Shown: one piece after another, positions 42,628-56,288 of the stretch
Position numbering within the stretch: the first letter of the stretch is position 1
Layout of the letters: every line of letters starts with the position of its first letter
Source: Perkinsus chesapeaki ATCC PRA-425
Taxonomy: Eukaryota > Protista > Perkinsozoa
DNA: 64,000 nucleotides
Assembly (NCBI GenBank): GCA_013115145.1
Contig: JAAPAO010000051.1
Location: 1 to 64,000 of the forward strand
Direction of reading: 5' to 3'
Notes under the pieces: generated by a model
Told to the model about the DNA's origin: nothing
Databases searched by the model: none
The model's input: only the letters and a program-made list of their open reading frames with translations
Translations under genes and position numbers: made by a program

Positions 42628-45600
42628 TCAGTAGCCTAGTTTAAGCGGAGTTCGAGGCAAGCAGTGCGATTCCAGCCTACTGCGATTTGAGTTATGGTGG
42701 TTGGTTCTTCGACTTCGCGATGTTCTCTCTTATTCTCACTTGCAGGCCTTCGCTCATATGCCTAAGGACATGACACTAATATGGAAGCTCACTGTTGCTG
42801 ACCTGGGACACCGCGGCTTCGACTCGTTTTTCGGGAGGCACTTCGGAGAGCCCCTTGCAAGTCGCAGCAGCAATGTCGCAAGATACCATCACACTGAGAA
42901 TAGAAACTAAGATCTTCGAATAAAACCAGGCGTATCTTACTCGTCGCGTGGCCCAAGTGAGTTGCCAAAAGTAAGGTTAGTCGGATCGCTTGCATCCACT
43001 GCGTATAGCTCAACTGTAAGCCAACCCTCGTGATCGATGCAGCGGGTATCGAATCTGCCACAGCGAGGATCTGAGAACTTACCCTATTGTCGAATAGTGT
43101 GAGTAGACCTAAAACTCTCGTGCCAAGATGCAACGCCACCAAGTACTGGCATTGGCTGAGAAGCGGTCCCCGGCACTGCAGGGGCAATCCCGGCATCCCC
43201 TTGTGGCGCGGCCGCTGGCGGAGCCGATTGTTGTTGCGCTTGCGTGCTGGCCCCTCCGTCCGTTTTGAGACAGCAGCTGGTTATGGCTATGCTTATCCCA
43301 TCGGCGCGTGAAGGGCAGAACTGTATGCACACATACCTACGAACAAAGTGAGACTAAAAAGCCTTTGTGGACTCCTACACATTGAGATGGTCGGTAGACA
43401 TCCCCTCTGCAAATAGATCACAAGCCTGGAGGATGGTGATCATGAAGTGCCCATCTGCATTGGGCTTCTACGTGAGACATCTCAACCACAACAACACCAT
43501 ACGGCTGCAAACACTCACCTCGCGGTTGTTGCTAAAACCATCTGCGTTGGAGACCCCGCGACAAAGTTTATCAGTACTGGCTAGCTCGCCGGATCTAACA
43601 ATGAATGTACCCCAATCGAACCATGGTGCGTTTCTGTCGGTCTAACCTGTTACGAATAGCATCCAAGATCGCTTCTATCACCAAGTCGTGTTCTGAGGAT
43701 TTAGCGATAGCTATAGCGTTGTGGCCACTGTAAGCCTTGATGTCAACGTTAGCACGGCGATCGAGGAGCAACTGGGTCGACGGACTCTCGGCGAGTAATA
43801 ACTCATCTTTCAAACTTGTGCGCAGTCCATATGGCCTTTGGACGCTGCATGCATAAGGGGGGTCCATCCCTGCTTATCTCTCTGATTTAGCACGGCGTCC
43901 AACGATAGTGGAACTGGAAACAACAGATAATAACACAGGGATGCTCACAGGGATAGTCGCTCACGGCCTTTGGCTGTAGGACCTTGGCCTCGACCAGTGA
44001 GGGCCTCGCCCAAGTCCAATATAGAGGCTGCACATATGACTTCCCCCGCATCACATGCATAGTGTAATGGAGCCCACCCATCATTATCCTGAATCGGTAT
44101 TTTTCACATTGAAAAGGGCAGTCGAATATGACCGTTGATAATATGTTACCACCAGCAAGGGCTAAGGGAGCAATTAATTGCCAATAACCTTCCACACAAG
44201 CCAGCATTAGAGCTGTGAGACCATTAGCATCTTGCGCATTGACCTGCAAGTAAAGAGCCCGAAATGCATCTAGTGCGTCACTAGGTGCATATTGATGGGT
44301 CGTCACGGATCTTCTACCTGCTACTAGTAGTGCTCAGAGGAATCTATACCTTAGCTTGTCCGAACGCAACTTTCCTATTGTTTGAGGATTCGTTGAGCAG
44401 CAGCATACGTACTAAGGCGGAATTGCCGCTGTTACAGGCGTGCATCAACAATGTTTTACCTGTAGCGCAATAAACCGATCAATAAATAAGGAATGCTATG
44501 TTCACCCCTGAAGTCAACATGATCAGCGCTTGCAGGTAGAAGGTGCCTTTGAGGAGACAGCAGTGCCACCACGCAAGCTATATGACCACCGTGGGCAGCG
44601 CATTGCAAAGGACTTTCACCTGGTATGAATAACATGCTGAAGCCAACTAGACGTGGATGAAGGTACCGATATTATTCTGAACGTCAAGGTCGTCAAAGTG
44701 TGTTGCAAGACAGTTCAATATTTCCATATTGCCATTGATGGCCGCCACGTGGAGAGGCGTGTTTCCGAAACAGTCCGTGAGCATTAACTAACATACAGTG
44801 ACTCAGAAGGCGGCGACTAGGCCCCTGTACAGTATCGGGATCCATGTTTCGTAGAGTCTCAACCTCATTCAACTTCCCCATTTCAACAGCATGATGCAAT
44901 GCAACATAACCTCTTGGATCCTGCCATCTGCACCCGATAAGTTTGGTACCCACGGATAGAGGAGACGCTACCGTGTGACGGTCGTAAGCTCTTCTTTGGT
45001 CAACCGTCGTAAAACAGGGAGGAGGCCATCCAACAGGTTGCTCCTGACAGCGTAGATGAGAACATTCCAGCCCCTCTCATCTAGGGCATCTAGACTGGGA
45101 TTGTAGAGCAAGACCTAGCCCGGGGAAAATCATCGAAGCAGCGCGGGCTTCTTCGCACCTGGTTGAACAATGTACTAGCTTTCTGGTCCATGGCTATCAT
45201 GAGTGGTGTCTTCCCAGAGGCATCGAACGCGTTGACATCGGCTCCGTAAGAGAGGAGGATCTCGGCCTATTAAGCGAATGCTCCACTGATGAGAGAGAAG
45301 TTATGCCCCCACCATGGTGGAATTCCTAGCCTCGAGTGCAAGATGCAGCGGCGACTTGAAGGTAATATCACTAGCGTTTACGTCAGCTTTACTATTCAGA
45401 AGCACTTCAACGACCTACGTAACCCAGACAATTTTCAAGATCACTAAAGCTGGAGCTCACAGCAAGGTGCTCGTTTGAAACCGCGTGCATGAGTGGCGTC
45501 CTCCCCTGTCGGTCTGCTGAATCTATCTTGGCCCCTTCATACAATAATCTCGATGCAATGTATCTCAGATACAACAATATTATAATAAAGGCATACGGCA

Positions 45601-47302
45601 TATCACTCATGACCGTAGGTTGCAGCGTAGGAAAGAGGTGTTCGTCCCTTCTTGTCCGCTTTATCAATGAAGTCTTTCTTAGTCACTTTCTGCCTACAGG
45701 CAGTCGGGGATGAGTGGCAGTACAATCCAGTTGTTTACCGTCGCCCAAATTTCCCTAGTTTTAGTAGTCTGTCGATCACTATGAGCTCTATACGATTAGG
45801 GTAATAAACCCAGAGCTGCCGCGCTTGCTGTTCAACCGAGAGGTTTGCCATGTCCGCAAAAAGCTCAGCAAGAGGCGTCTATGCCATAATAATGACCAGG
45901 TCAGATACTGTTGCGTACCTCCGCTGTACCAGGGCGAGAAGTTGAGGATGAGGAGAGTGGTCGATGAGCAGTTCCACCGCTTTGAACACCGGCCCGTCTT
46001 TTCTCTCGTTCTGCTAGCTCGCGGAGTTGCTGTAGATGGCTGCCCTTTGCTCCTATACCGTCCCCACCATCCTCGCCAAGAACCATTCTCTCACGAATTT
46101 CTTGGATCTATTAAAATGACTCAGCTAGAGAGGAAAGGTGGGGATCCAATGCGATGAGCACCTTGTTAATTGCTGCCTTTGTCCAACGTCCTCGGCGCTT
46201 CTTCGGTACCGGCGCCACAGGCTCGCCATCTCCATCAGCTACCTAATTTCGTATTTCATATCGTGCGAAAGAGAAAGCGGGAGAAGATACCTGTTGGGCG
46301 CCCTGCTTCAGCGACATAAACATCAAGTATCTCGCAAATTCTCTCTGACGCACCTGCATATCACTTCTATCGTGACTGAATAGCTTCCAAATATACCTTC
46401 CTCCGCTTCACTCTATCCCGTCTGCTAACGAAGTCCCCCACATAGAGCTTTGGACTTGAGCTAGCGAAATGCAAGACACCACACCCATACAGGTCTTCGC
46501 CTAGTGTAGGAAACTCTTCGGAAGACGATTTGGTAGCTCACAGCCGACGCTAGCTCCTGCCTTTAGGAGGTACTCAATGACCTTCACGTGTCCATGGAAA
46601 ACTGCTGCCATGAGAGGAGTCCATCCAAACCTATTCGGTAGGTCCACCTACCACAATGACATTACCGACATACCCACTGCGTTTTGGCGCTCTCGTGGTA
46701 GGAAAAAACGCGACCCGAAGGTACGTTACCGATGCGCTATGGCGGTTGACCAGTGTTTTAACAACCTTCTCATGTCCAGCTTCAGCAGCACGGTACAATC
46801 CAGTGCAACCTCTGCTGTCTGGAATGTCCACAAAAGCAATATTACGTAAAGCCAGGAACTAATGATGTAAAAAAGCATAATTTCGAAAGTATGAGCAAGT
46901 ATCATACCTCGACCTGCCAGTATCGCCCCTTCCTACAGGCGTTGATGAATGTGCCATTCGGCTCATCTTCTTTGTCATCTCCTTCGACAGAACCTGCTAG
47001 GCAACTGATCACCGTACCAATGAGCTAGTATTGACCGTACCTCTATCTGATACCGAGGGCGTAGAGTCACCACTTCCCATGGAGAATACTCCCATTGAAC
47101 CTCTACGATTCTTCCTTTTGCTAGGGGATAAGTCGAAACCCAATACCTCTCCGTTACCTACAGTCAATCAAGGAACCCGCTGGATGAAGCCTTCCATACC
47201 AAGATAGTCTGGACGATGTGTTTGGATAAACTCCATGGCTTTATTGTGCGACGACTCGATATCCAGACGCTCAGCCTCCTGTCTTGCAAGCACCAACCCC
47301 AT
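42628..47302 (-). CDS. Ankyrin-repeat protein, many exons
   Basis: Repeats such as DIPDSRGCTGLYRAAEAGHEKVVKTLV, AKIDSADRQGRTPLMHAV, GADVNAFDASGKTPLMIA, DPRGYVALHHAVEMG, VNAQDANGLTALMLACVEG, RANVDIKAYSGHNAIAIA. The C-terminal end is approximate. Confidence 0.82.
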
Positions 47303-47573
47303 TGTAATCAGTAAACTAGGAATTGGTGATACTGGGCGTACTGGAACACAACCAAAGAAGTGATAGAGAAGTGAATGACAACAATATCAAGCATCGCATA
47401 TTCTATACATGATAATCGGTACGATTCTAGCATCCAATCTCATCGGGAGGGCAATGTAGCGGCTCTAAGGCCTGGTGACACGGAAGAAGTCATATGCTAC
47501 TCTCGGTGGAGGCGGTGATGGAAGAGACATTCGACCATTTAGGTGAAGAGGCTCGGCTCCTGGCAAAGCTGAT

Positions 47574-50391
47574 CTACAACAAAATCCCCGTGAAAGTCTT
47601 ACGCGGAGAAAGCTGTGGTCCCTGCAATAAACTAGATGTTGCAAACGTACTAAAGCCTTGCAGGCCTAGTTGAGGGACTGGCATTGGATTCACCATACGT
47701 GTAGGCATCCCAGTTGGGGTTGGTGGAGCTGTTAGAGATACAGGCAGAGATGACCTCCTGCAGCAGGAATGATCTTCTCGTATCACAGTTGTCGTACGGG
47801 GTGATAAAAGTTGGTCGTCCTGCTGAAGCAGATGGAGGAGGTGTCATGCTCGGTATCACTTGACGAGCTGTTGTAGCTCCCACACCTGGTACAGCTAAAG
47901 GCTGACGGGGCGAGCCCATGGGTGAGGCTGTAGGGTGGCTCGAGGATACTCTATGAGAATCTCGCCTCACTTGCTCGGCGTGCAGAGCTGGAGACCCCCT
48001 AAAAGGAACAAGGGGATACCATAGAAATACGAAATACTGGCATACCTGAATTTGGTAAACGGGCTTTCCACATGATGATCGAGTCTGCGTTCACTATCAT
48101 GGTATTGGAGTTCTTTCAAGGGTTCTGCTCTCGTTTTCTCCAAGCTGTCGGTAAGAGCACTTTCGCGAACTTTATCACATCTGGCTTCGACATCCCCATT
48201 CTCGGGTTTCTGATTGGTCTTCACACCACTAAACCTCACACTCTTGGTACTGTTCCGTGTCATACCGTACGAGCTTAGATGAGCCAGGGAACCTTTCGCA
48301 CTGCGGGGGCTATCCTCTCCAGTTAAATTCAGACTGAGATTCAGATCAAAGCCGTAAGTGGACAAAAGCTCAGCATCGCGACCCTCCTCAACAAGGTCAT
48401 CAACTTTCTCAGGTGGTGGAAGGCCTTCCCTCAAAACCCTGGCCTCGAGACGTACCAATTCAAGCATCACCTGATACAGGCTTCGCTCGCAGTATAACGA
48501 ACAGAAGGAGTATACACACTTGTAGTCTTCGTGCATCAGCTTCTAAGCTAACGGCACTTCTTTCCTTCTCGATACATAGATCAGCTCGACGAGCGATGCA
48601 TGCTTGGCTACGTTGAAGCAAGTCAGACACAACCTGTAAAAAGACCCATGCAATCCAGCAGTCACTGCGCATATGCCCTCTACCTGTTGTTGAGCAATTC
48701 TTCTACTTTTTTGGTCGTTAACTGTACTGCCTTCTGACCGTCGATAAGACTGTGCTTCCATGACTCGTTGTCGTAGATACCTGTTCAGCGATAATTCTAA
48801 TGGGATGAGGATATGCATACATACTTTAGACCAGACGGTAACTGAAGAAACTCTACTACACGTTGAGCTTCAACTTCTTGTATGGCAGCTAGTAAGCTGG
48901 CCCTTGATAGATCCACGTGCTTTAACTGATGGCTCAATTATATTATAACCTCGCTATGTTTCGTTTAGTACTCTTTTCGATTCCCACGCATCTACAGCTT
49001 CAAGCTCATTGAGTAGATCCTGTTGCTTAGCTGCGAGATCCACAACAAGCCAGCAATGTTCCTCAGATTGAGAGATACTTTGCCGCCCATTCTCTCGAGA
49101 CCCAGGAGACTTCCCTTGGCTCTGGAGGCTCTTCCTTCGCGAAGTTGAAGCTGCTCCATCTCGTGTAGTGTCATACAAGTGCGCCCTGCGAACATCCGAG
49201 ACCAAAGACGGCCTGTCATAACCCATTAAGAGACCGATGCGTTCGACCAAATACCTGAATGTACACTTCTCCAGCTCTTCCTTAGACTTCTTTCGTTCCT
49301 CTTCCTTCTTCCTTGCTGCATGATGGTCCCTACTCTTCAAAATCTCCTCGGCTCTCTGCCACATGCTTCTGCTGTCCCGCAGAACATACGATGATCTCAA
49401 TTCGGCCCTTCTAGATTTCGCCTCTCGTATCTCCCTCTCCTCGCGCTCCAAGCGTTCTCTCTCAGCAGCTTGCTCCAACTCAGCTTGCCGAGCTCTTCGC
49501 AGCTTAGAATCCGAGTACAGGTCTGCCGTTATTTGGGCAGATCCTCTACGTGTACTCCGCCTAGGAGTGTATTCCGGAGAAGAGGCAGGGCCAGACGCCT
49601 TCATCGCTCTGCCTGCACCGTTTACCGGAACGCCACGTTCTTTGTTAGCACTAGGTTCCTCTTTTTCACGACCTTTAGAACTAGCTGAACCGGATGACAC
49701 GCTGCTGGGTTCCTGTTTAAAAGGGTTGACCACATTTTCGGCTCTGAGCTCTGCACTCCCTCGACAGCTATACTTTGATTCTCTATCAGGGGTATGCTCG
49801 ATTTTATCGCGGGAAGCAGAAGGCGGCTCAGAGATGCGAGAGCGTTCACAGTCATCTGTTGAAACCTCAATTTTCGGAGCATGCCTGCTACCGTCACTAA
49901 TGTAGACCTCCATGGAAGGGCCTATGGGACCAGCGACACTCCAGTATTGCTACTGCATGGATACCTGGTGGAGCCGATAGCTCAGACTTTGATGAAGCCG
50001 AGCTTGCCCAAGAGCTCATCTTACTCCCGGTCCTTCCAGCAACTTCACTACTGACCTGTACTATACCTTATAAGTTACCTCACTTATATGTCACTCTCAC
50101 CTTTAGGCATGAATTCTGTGGCTCCTTCACCGATTGTGATTCATCACTTCCGAATGGAATACAGACTGGACCACCCTGCGGGTTTAAAAGTGAAGATAAA
50201 GCTGCCCCACCCTGTCCGGTGGTAGGGCCTTGAGCAGATATGATTCGTGATGCACCGCTGACGGCTACTGGAGCCCTCGTTATTTGCTGCGGCTGTAGGC
50301 CTGAGTAGGCTGCGCTACCCTGCAGAGAATGTGAGTCCGAGAACCAGCTAGGGACAGGCGATGGGCCAATCCTATTATGGGATGGGAACAT
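47574..50391 (-). CDS. Hypothetical low-complexity/coiled-coil protein, multi-exon
   Basis: Long open exon 48954-49913 with an E/R/K-rich coiled coil (ELEQAAERERLEREEREIREAK) and Ser/Pro-rich flanks; GT-AG introns link it to 50391 and to about 47.6 kb. Confidence 0.55.
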
Positions 50392-50616
50392 GGCAGATGA
50401 AAAGCTGGACTACTCTAGCAGCTGGACTGTAACACAAGCGGACCGGGAGGTACACTCTTCATTGAACTCATCAACTCAGCACTCCAGTGCAACGAAAACA
50501 TAACGCAACGACCAGGAACGATAATAGAAGACACACGGCAGACAATTAAACGAAGCAATCATATATTAGCATTTCTGATAGATTTCTGAGGCACCACAAG
50601 TTCACAAACAGGTACA

Positions 50617-52920
50617 TCAAACACGAGTGACGTTCTCAGTGAGAACTTCTGACTCTCCCGAAATACGATTAAACATCCTGTCTGTCTTGTTCCTTGCTCC
50701 CGGCTTCATCCTTATCATTACCGTGGCTACGGCCACCTTTCCCTCGAGCTTTGGAAGGTTTCTTTCCAGCAGTAGTAGCAAGGAGTTCCTCCCTATTTCT
50801 AGCCTGACACTGGACCCGGTGGAGTAGTTCTAGCCATCTACCTCCTAAATGCTGCGCGTCTTTGGGGAACCTAAATCGACAAGAAGAGTAGAAGTTCTAG
50901 TAGCAATCCAACGAAAGCCACACTCACTTCAACTGCAAAGACTTTGGCGCGGAAGAAAACATGCCACTCTGCTTCTCAGGCTTGACAGTAAGGACCTCCG
51001 AATCCCCCTCAGTCGCTAGAGTTACAGTTGACTGCGTTAGCAATGCCGAGATGGGCCTGCGCACACCACATAGGTTAGGAGCGATTCCTGAGAGGTGCTC
51101 ACTTCACATCGTCCTGGTGTTCATCTTGTAGATAGAGGTAAGCATCTGCCGTGACTGTAGCTCTCTGTATTGTCCACTTCGGGCCACCACTGAACCAACC
51201 GCCACTCTTAGAGCCTGTATTAAATTTATAGCAATCAATGTATTCGAGATATCTATATTACTGGGTAGAGCAGAAACTTTTGCAGAATGAATAACAAGCC
51301 CTGTGCCTGGAGAAGCAATTGCAAGATTCCCACCAGCCTTCTGGGATTCATCCCGTAGCTGGTGGAAGAAAGGGCGGTGAACTAGCATTGCCTCCGCGTG
51401 GTCGCTATCAGCCTTCTGACCTTGTGAGGACGAACCTATTGATGAATTATCAATGATAATTTGTAAACCCCAGAAGCTCTGCCCTTTCAGAGAGTAGTAC
51501 CCCTCCTTCTCGCCTCCTCTACAGGTGATGCGCTTCTCGGAGGTGGTGCTGGACCAAGCATTCGCATGAGGCACACCATCTCTGGGCTCGTAGCAATTGT
51601 TGTCTTTTGTGAGCCGATGTCTTCCCTTCTGGGAGATGCTGGCGTTGAGTCCTTCCTTGGAGATATTCTCAATGCGGCAACCGAGTCGAGTTGTCCTAAT
51701 ACGCACGAAATCGGCGGCACCAACAGAGACTGACAAAGCACCTGTTGCTGTAAGGGCAGCCTCGGTCAGCTCTTCCGTGAGAACGCGTTGTTGATCCTGT
51801 GCTGCTGAGCTCACATGTAGCCATAGCTGGTACTGCTTTGTCAACCAATGCCGTACAACCGAATTAGTATTCTAGCACCACCGGTGACCTGTTTCCCACG
51901 CCTAGCGCTCCGATACTACCTGTTCCCGCCATGCTTCAGCCTTGTTAACAGCAGCAACTGACGATACCAAACGCCCTTCTACAACACTTCTCTTCTCGGC
52001 CGCGAGATCCACTGCCTTCCTATAGTTCCTCTCACTGGACCACCGATCAGCTGCTCCTGCTTCAGCCCCATGTGTAAATCGCGACATGAACATGCCCTCA
52101 TGTTCCTTCCAGGCCGTCGACACTGCTACCTCCGACGCCTGGCACTCTGCAATAATACTATCAAGCTTAGTCAGGATTTCGTCCTGAAACATGGGCGACT
52201 CTCAGAACGCGACAGCCCTGGCCCCCTCGGACTGATGTGAATTAGTACCATCCTTCCTTTGTATTCGACCTCTACCTCCTTCAATCCCTTATCAATCAAA
52301 GTTGTCTGTGTGGCTTCGTTGAAATCATGCAACAGTTTTCCTGTCCGCCTCGAGTATTCATTCCAGTTACTAGGATCGTCAGGGAGACCCTGAATAGGAT
52401 AAGCCTTACGATAAGGCCTTTCGAGGCCCTTCTCGAAAAAAGTAAAATAAGCCCTCGAAAGGGCAGATATGGACTTAGCGGCCATATACATTCGGTAAAT
52501 GTACCCTCGGTTACCTCTAGGCTCTGCGCGTATCCTAGATCAGCCTCGATACGCTTCTCAAGGAAAACGCAAGCGTCGTGAGTTTCTTTCACTCCATTAG
52601 TCATAACTTTCCCCAGCTGTGACCCTGACTAGTTGCTCTGCAGGTTTTACAATACAATAAACTTACGAAGCTCATCTACCCGCTCAGCCCAAGATCCTGC
52701 CGATGCCTCCCTCACACCTTCCCACTCTCTCAAGGAGGCCAGTCCCTATTGTGAATAGAGGTGCACCATCTGACTCCCTAGTAACGTATACCTCCAGCCT
52801 CCGAGACTCCAACTCTCTTATATGCTCTGGCATCGGCGAAAGCGCTGCTGATGCCGCTGAGAGAAGTCGGGTTTCCTTACTCACAGAAGCCGATGTATCA
52901 GATACGTCAACCGACGCCAT
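50617..52920 (-). CDS. F-BAR/FCH-like domain + C-terminal PH-like domain protein
   Basis: ACVFLEKRIEADLGYAQSL matches FCH F+xxRxxxExxYAxxL and is followed by long helices; the late exons give KSGGWFSGGPKWTIQRATVTADAYLYL and RFP...GRWLELL (PH-like). Confidence 0.6.
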
Positions 52921-53026
52921 GTGAATCAAAAAACTATACTGCAGCAGGTGGTTACTACACTAGCTTGACTGACTGAACCCAACAGCATCAACATGCGAAA
53001 CAATACATGAACCTTAACAGAGTTTG

Positions 53027-54163
53027 TTAATTACATTTGCGTGATGGAGCAAGGTCTTTCACGTCCATCTCTTGGCTGGCCAAAAGAGAGCGAGCCTCTC
53101 CCTCTAGTTCTCGCAACTCAGCTATTAGTTTTGCTATACTACCGCCGCCACCAGTTGTCTTCTCGGCAATTACAGATCCATCACAACTAGACTTATCTTC
53201 ATCTGTTCCGGCCACAGCCTTGGAAGTATCAGCCGGAGAGCTGACCTGCTGAGTTGCTACACACTCCTCCCTAATAGAACTTGGACCATCATTGCGCTCT
53301 TCTTTTCTATCACGGACTCGCTCCTCCGCAAGTTTCGCCGCTAAGCTCTCAGCGGCCACTGCCCGTCTCTCGGATGACTCAAGCGAGGCTCGAGATTCTA
53401 CTATCGCTGCGTGCATCTGTGCAACCATTTTGGTAAGCCTGTGAAGTAACATGTAAACCACCCTTCCATAGCACTCACCGATCGTTCTCCTTAGCCAGGG
53501 CCTTGGCCTCCCTCTGAGACATCTTCAAGCGTCTCTTTGCCTCGTCACTTTCCTCCGCCAGTTCAATTAATTTCGTTTCTACCTTCACAACATGCTCTCT
53601 TGTTCTTTCCTGATAGTACCTTCCCAATGCCTTTAATCCATGAGACTAACATCTGTACTCAATACTACATGATCTCGTCACTGGCACGGCTATATGCTGC
53701 TTCAACTCCAGATATCCTATGCCACAAGCGTTCCAGCGCTGCATTGAAGGCGTGGGTCATCTCCTTCACACAAGCGTTGCTGTGATTGTGGATTAACCCG
53801 GCGATAGTTGACCGCGATGTTTCCCGAACCCTTTGATGTTGAGCCTACTACCATTGTCTAGCTACATGTCCCAGCCACTTAGCTACATTAACTTGCTTTA
53901 CAATCTCTGTGCACTCGTCCTGTATTGCCTGCTTCTCTACACTCAGTTTCACCGCCTCATGTCGCCACGAGAGATCAGCTGGAGACTTGCCTTCACCTAA
54001 GTTAACCAGCTCACTGTGAGACTGTACTGTGTATTGACTGTTCACTTGCAGCGTCTTGGAGTTGGATAACACGCTGAAGGCTGGCTAGCTGGGCCAACAA
54101 CGCCTCCCTGCTGGTCCATGACTCGATGGAGCCCGAGGACGGCAGGTTTGTTACAGTGGCCAT
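53027..54163 (-). CDS. Hypothetical coiled-coil protein, multi-exon
   Basis: Heptad-rich exons (EALLAQLASLQRVIQLQ, ELAEESDEAKRRLKMSQREAKAL, IAKLIAELRELEGEARSLL); ends approximate. Confidence 0.5.
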
Positions 54164-54329
54164 GGAGAAGGGGGAACTCGCTGGCACTGGAAGCAACCTG
54201 TACGAGTGACAGGAATATGAGAATTGACTCCATGTGCTTGCGTACATCTTTAGAAAATGAGTTCCAAGTTCGATCCGCGGCACCGCCGTCCTATTTTTTA
54301 GACGAAAACGAATATCGCGGGTAACCGTG

Positions 54330-56156
54330 ATGGTAAAGTTGCGCTTGTTATTATGGTCATTGCTAACTGTTGGACATGGATATCAAAGTGACAAGGAGTG
54401 TAAGAGTCTATACTCCTTCGAGTGGTGTACGAGTGAGCATGGGTGCATTCATAACTACACTCTGTCATCAGCGCAATTTCAAAGCAAATTGGAAACTATG
54501 TAATCCCGCATCGGGTGGTGGATAGCGAGTTCGGGCCAGGTACCTTAAAAATGGACGACCGGTTTTGAAGGAGAGCTATTTTATACAGAAGCTACCTGAT
54601 GAACAGCGAGATTATCTGGTCAGTGAATGCCCTCAGATGTGGATCCTTGCTAAGTAAATGGGGTACCGTGTGCCGCAGTAGTATGTTTCTCTTTGTGTAC
54701 AGTCTAGTAGTAGCAGAGGCAGAGTTATATACCAGGGATGCGATTGAAGTGGAGGACCGGTAGTATCTGAAAGAGCAGCACAGTTGCACGGCCTAGTTGA
54801 AAGATTTGTTGAACCAGCGTTAACGGTGTACCAGAGGTTATCACCCGAACAGCGGGAGGATATCGAGTTGAACTGGCTGTACGACTTGGCAGCCAGTCGT
54901 GTTATGGACAGGATGGGACTAACGCGAGAGGTGCCACCTCAAATGCGCTTAAGCGGACCTAAAAATCTACGTGTCGTCAGTCGATGTCGAAGACTCTAAG
55001 AGATGGCTCGCCCACTACCACCTTTGTAATATGCCACTGCAAGGAGCCTATCGAGTGGTTAGGCAGCCTATATCGCATGCCGTGGGTTAGGCTCGCACTG
55101 AAATACCTCTAACTCGCTGGAGTCGTAGATACATACCGCCTAATTCGCAACTTTTGCTGTACGAGAAATGTGGGGTCACCCCTGAGGTACCGCCCGAAGT
55201 ATCTGATAGGTAGTGACGGTGTATCAAGAGTAATCGTTTGTAGTGATAGCAGGTTTACACGCGGTGTCTCTGTGTTGGACAGACAAGATGGGGAGGTTCG
55301 AGGAGATGAGTGTTCGGCGTATCTAAGCTATATTACTGAGAACTATGATAATCTAGATGACTACACAGTGCATTCCGTGTAATAATTAAGGGCTATAGCC
55401 TCTTTGAAGGTATTCCTACAAGCCGATCCACATAACCACGCATTCCTTGCATATTTGGAGATTCCTCTGAGGGCCATCGGGCTCGGGACATACGAAGTGA
55501 TAGCAACAGTGGACATTCTTATGTGAGTAGGCCTATACAGGTCCCGTTCCTACATCTCAACTATCATCGCCATGTTATGACTGATACCCCATGTATGAGG
55601 GACGTGGAAATGGTACTTGCTGCTCGGGTGCTTGCAAAGGCATTGTCACTGTATAGGCTCTTTTTCGAGATTTCACCCGAGAATTTCGCATGCCAGACGA
55701 CCTTTTGGGTACATACTGTTGCTCGCAGTATATTGTTGCTCGGCATCGAATACAAGCGCGTAGCCTCTCCTTCTACCATCACATGTTAAGAATGGTGGAC
55801 GGCTCTGTTCCTGACCTCTGCGTTGCTGAAGCCAAGTAAGATAACATGAGACTGGGTAGGTTGGAGGAATTAGAGGTGCTATTTGGTAGGCCCAAACGCT
55901 CGTCCCATTGCTATGTATTTGAGTTCTTGTGGCACATTGTACTTGGGGAGCCTCGGCGACTTCCTTTACGACCGGACGATACTAGACTCCCTACAGCTTT
56001 GCGTGCAAAGTAATCAGCTTGTGTCCTACTCATGCAACTAGTAGGACATGCATTAGATATGGTAATGAACATAACCGTACCGTATGGATCGACCTCGAGC
56101 TAGCACCTAATACAGGAAGACTAATCTATAAGGAAGAAGAGCTTGCAGAAGTCTAA
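54330..56156 (+). CDS. Secreted/lumenal DUF3431-like protein, multi-exon
   Basis: Signal peptide MVKLRLLLWSLLTVGHG; VICHCKEPIEWL, YEKC, RGDECSAYLSYITENYDNLDDYTV-FLQADP, CYVFEFLWHIVLGEP match motifs recalled for DUF3431. Confidence 0.7.
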
Positions 56157-56288
56157 TTTGCCGGTCCATGTACCATGATATACATGATTTCTCATCAGCT
56201 AGTGAGTTTCAGTGTTTTTAATAATATTGGTCATGCGGGCCTTCTGGTCTATTGTGCTAAGGTTGCATGTTGTTTTAGACTGTATTTC

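Noticed and set aside
52675-52684. Apparent 8-nt gap between a stop and an MSF start
   Set aside because: Two typical-length introns (43 and 42 nt) join these exons in frame into the F-BAR gene.
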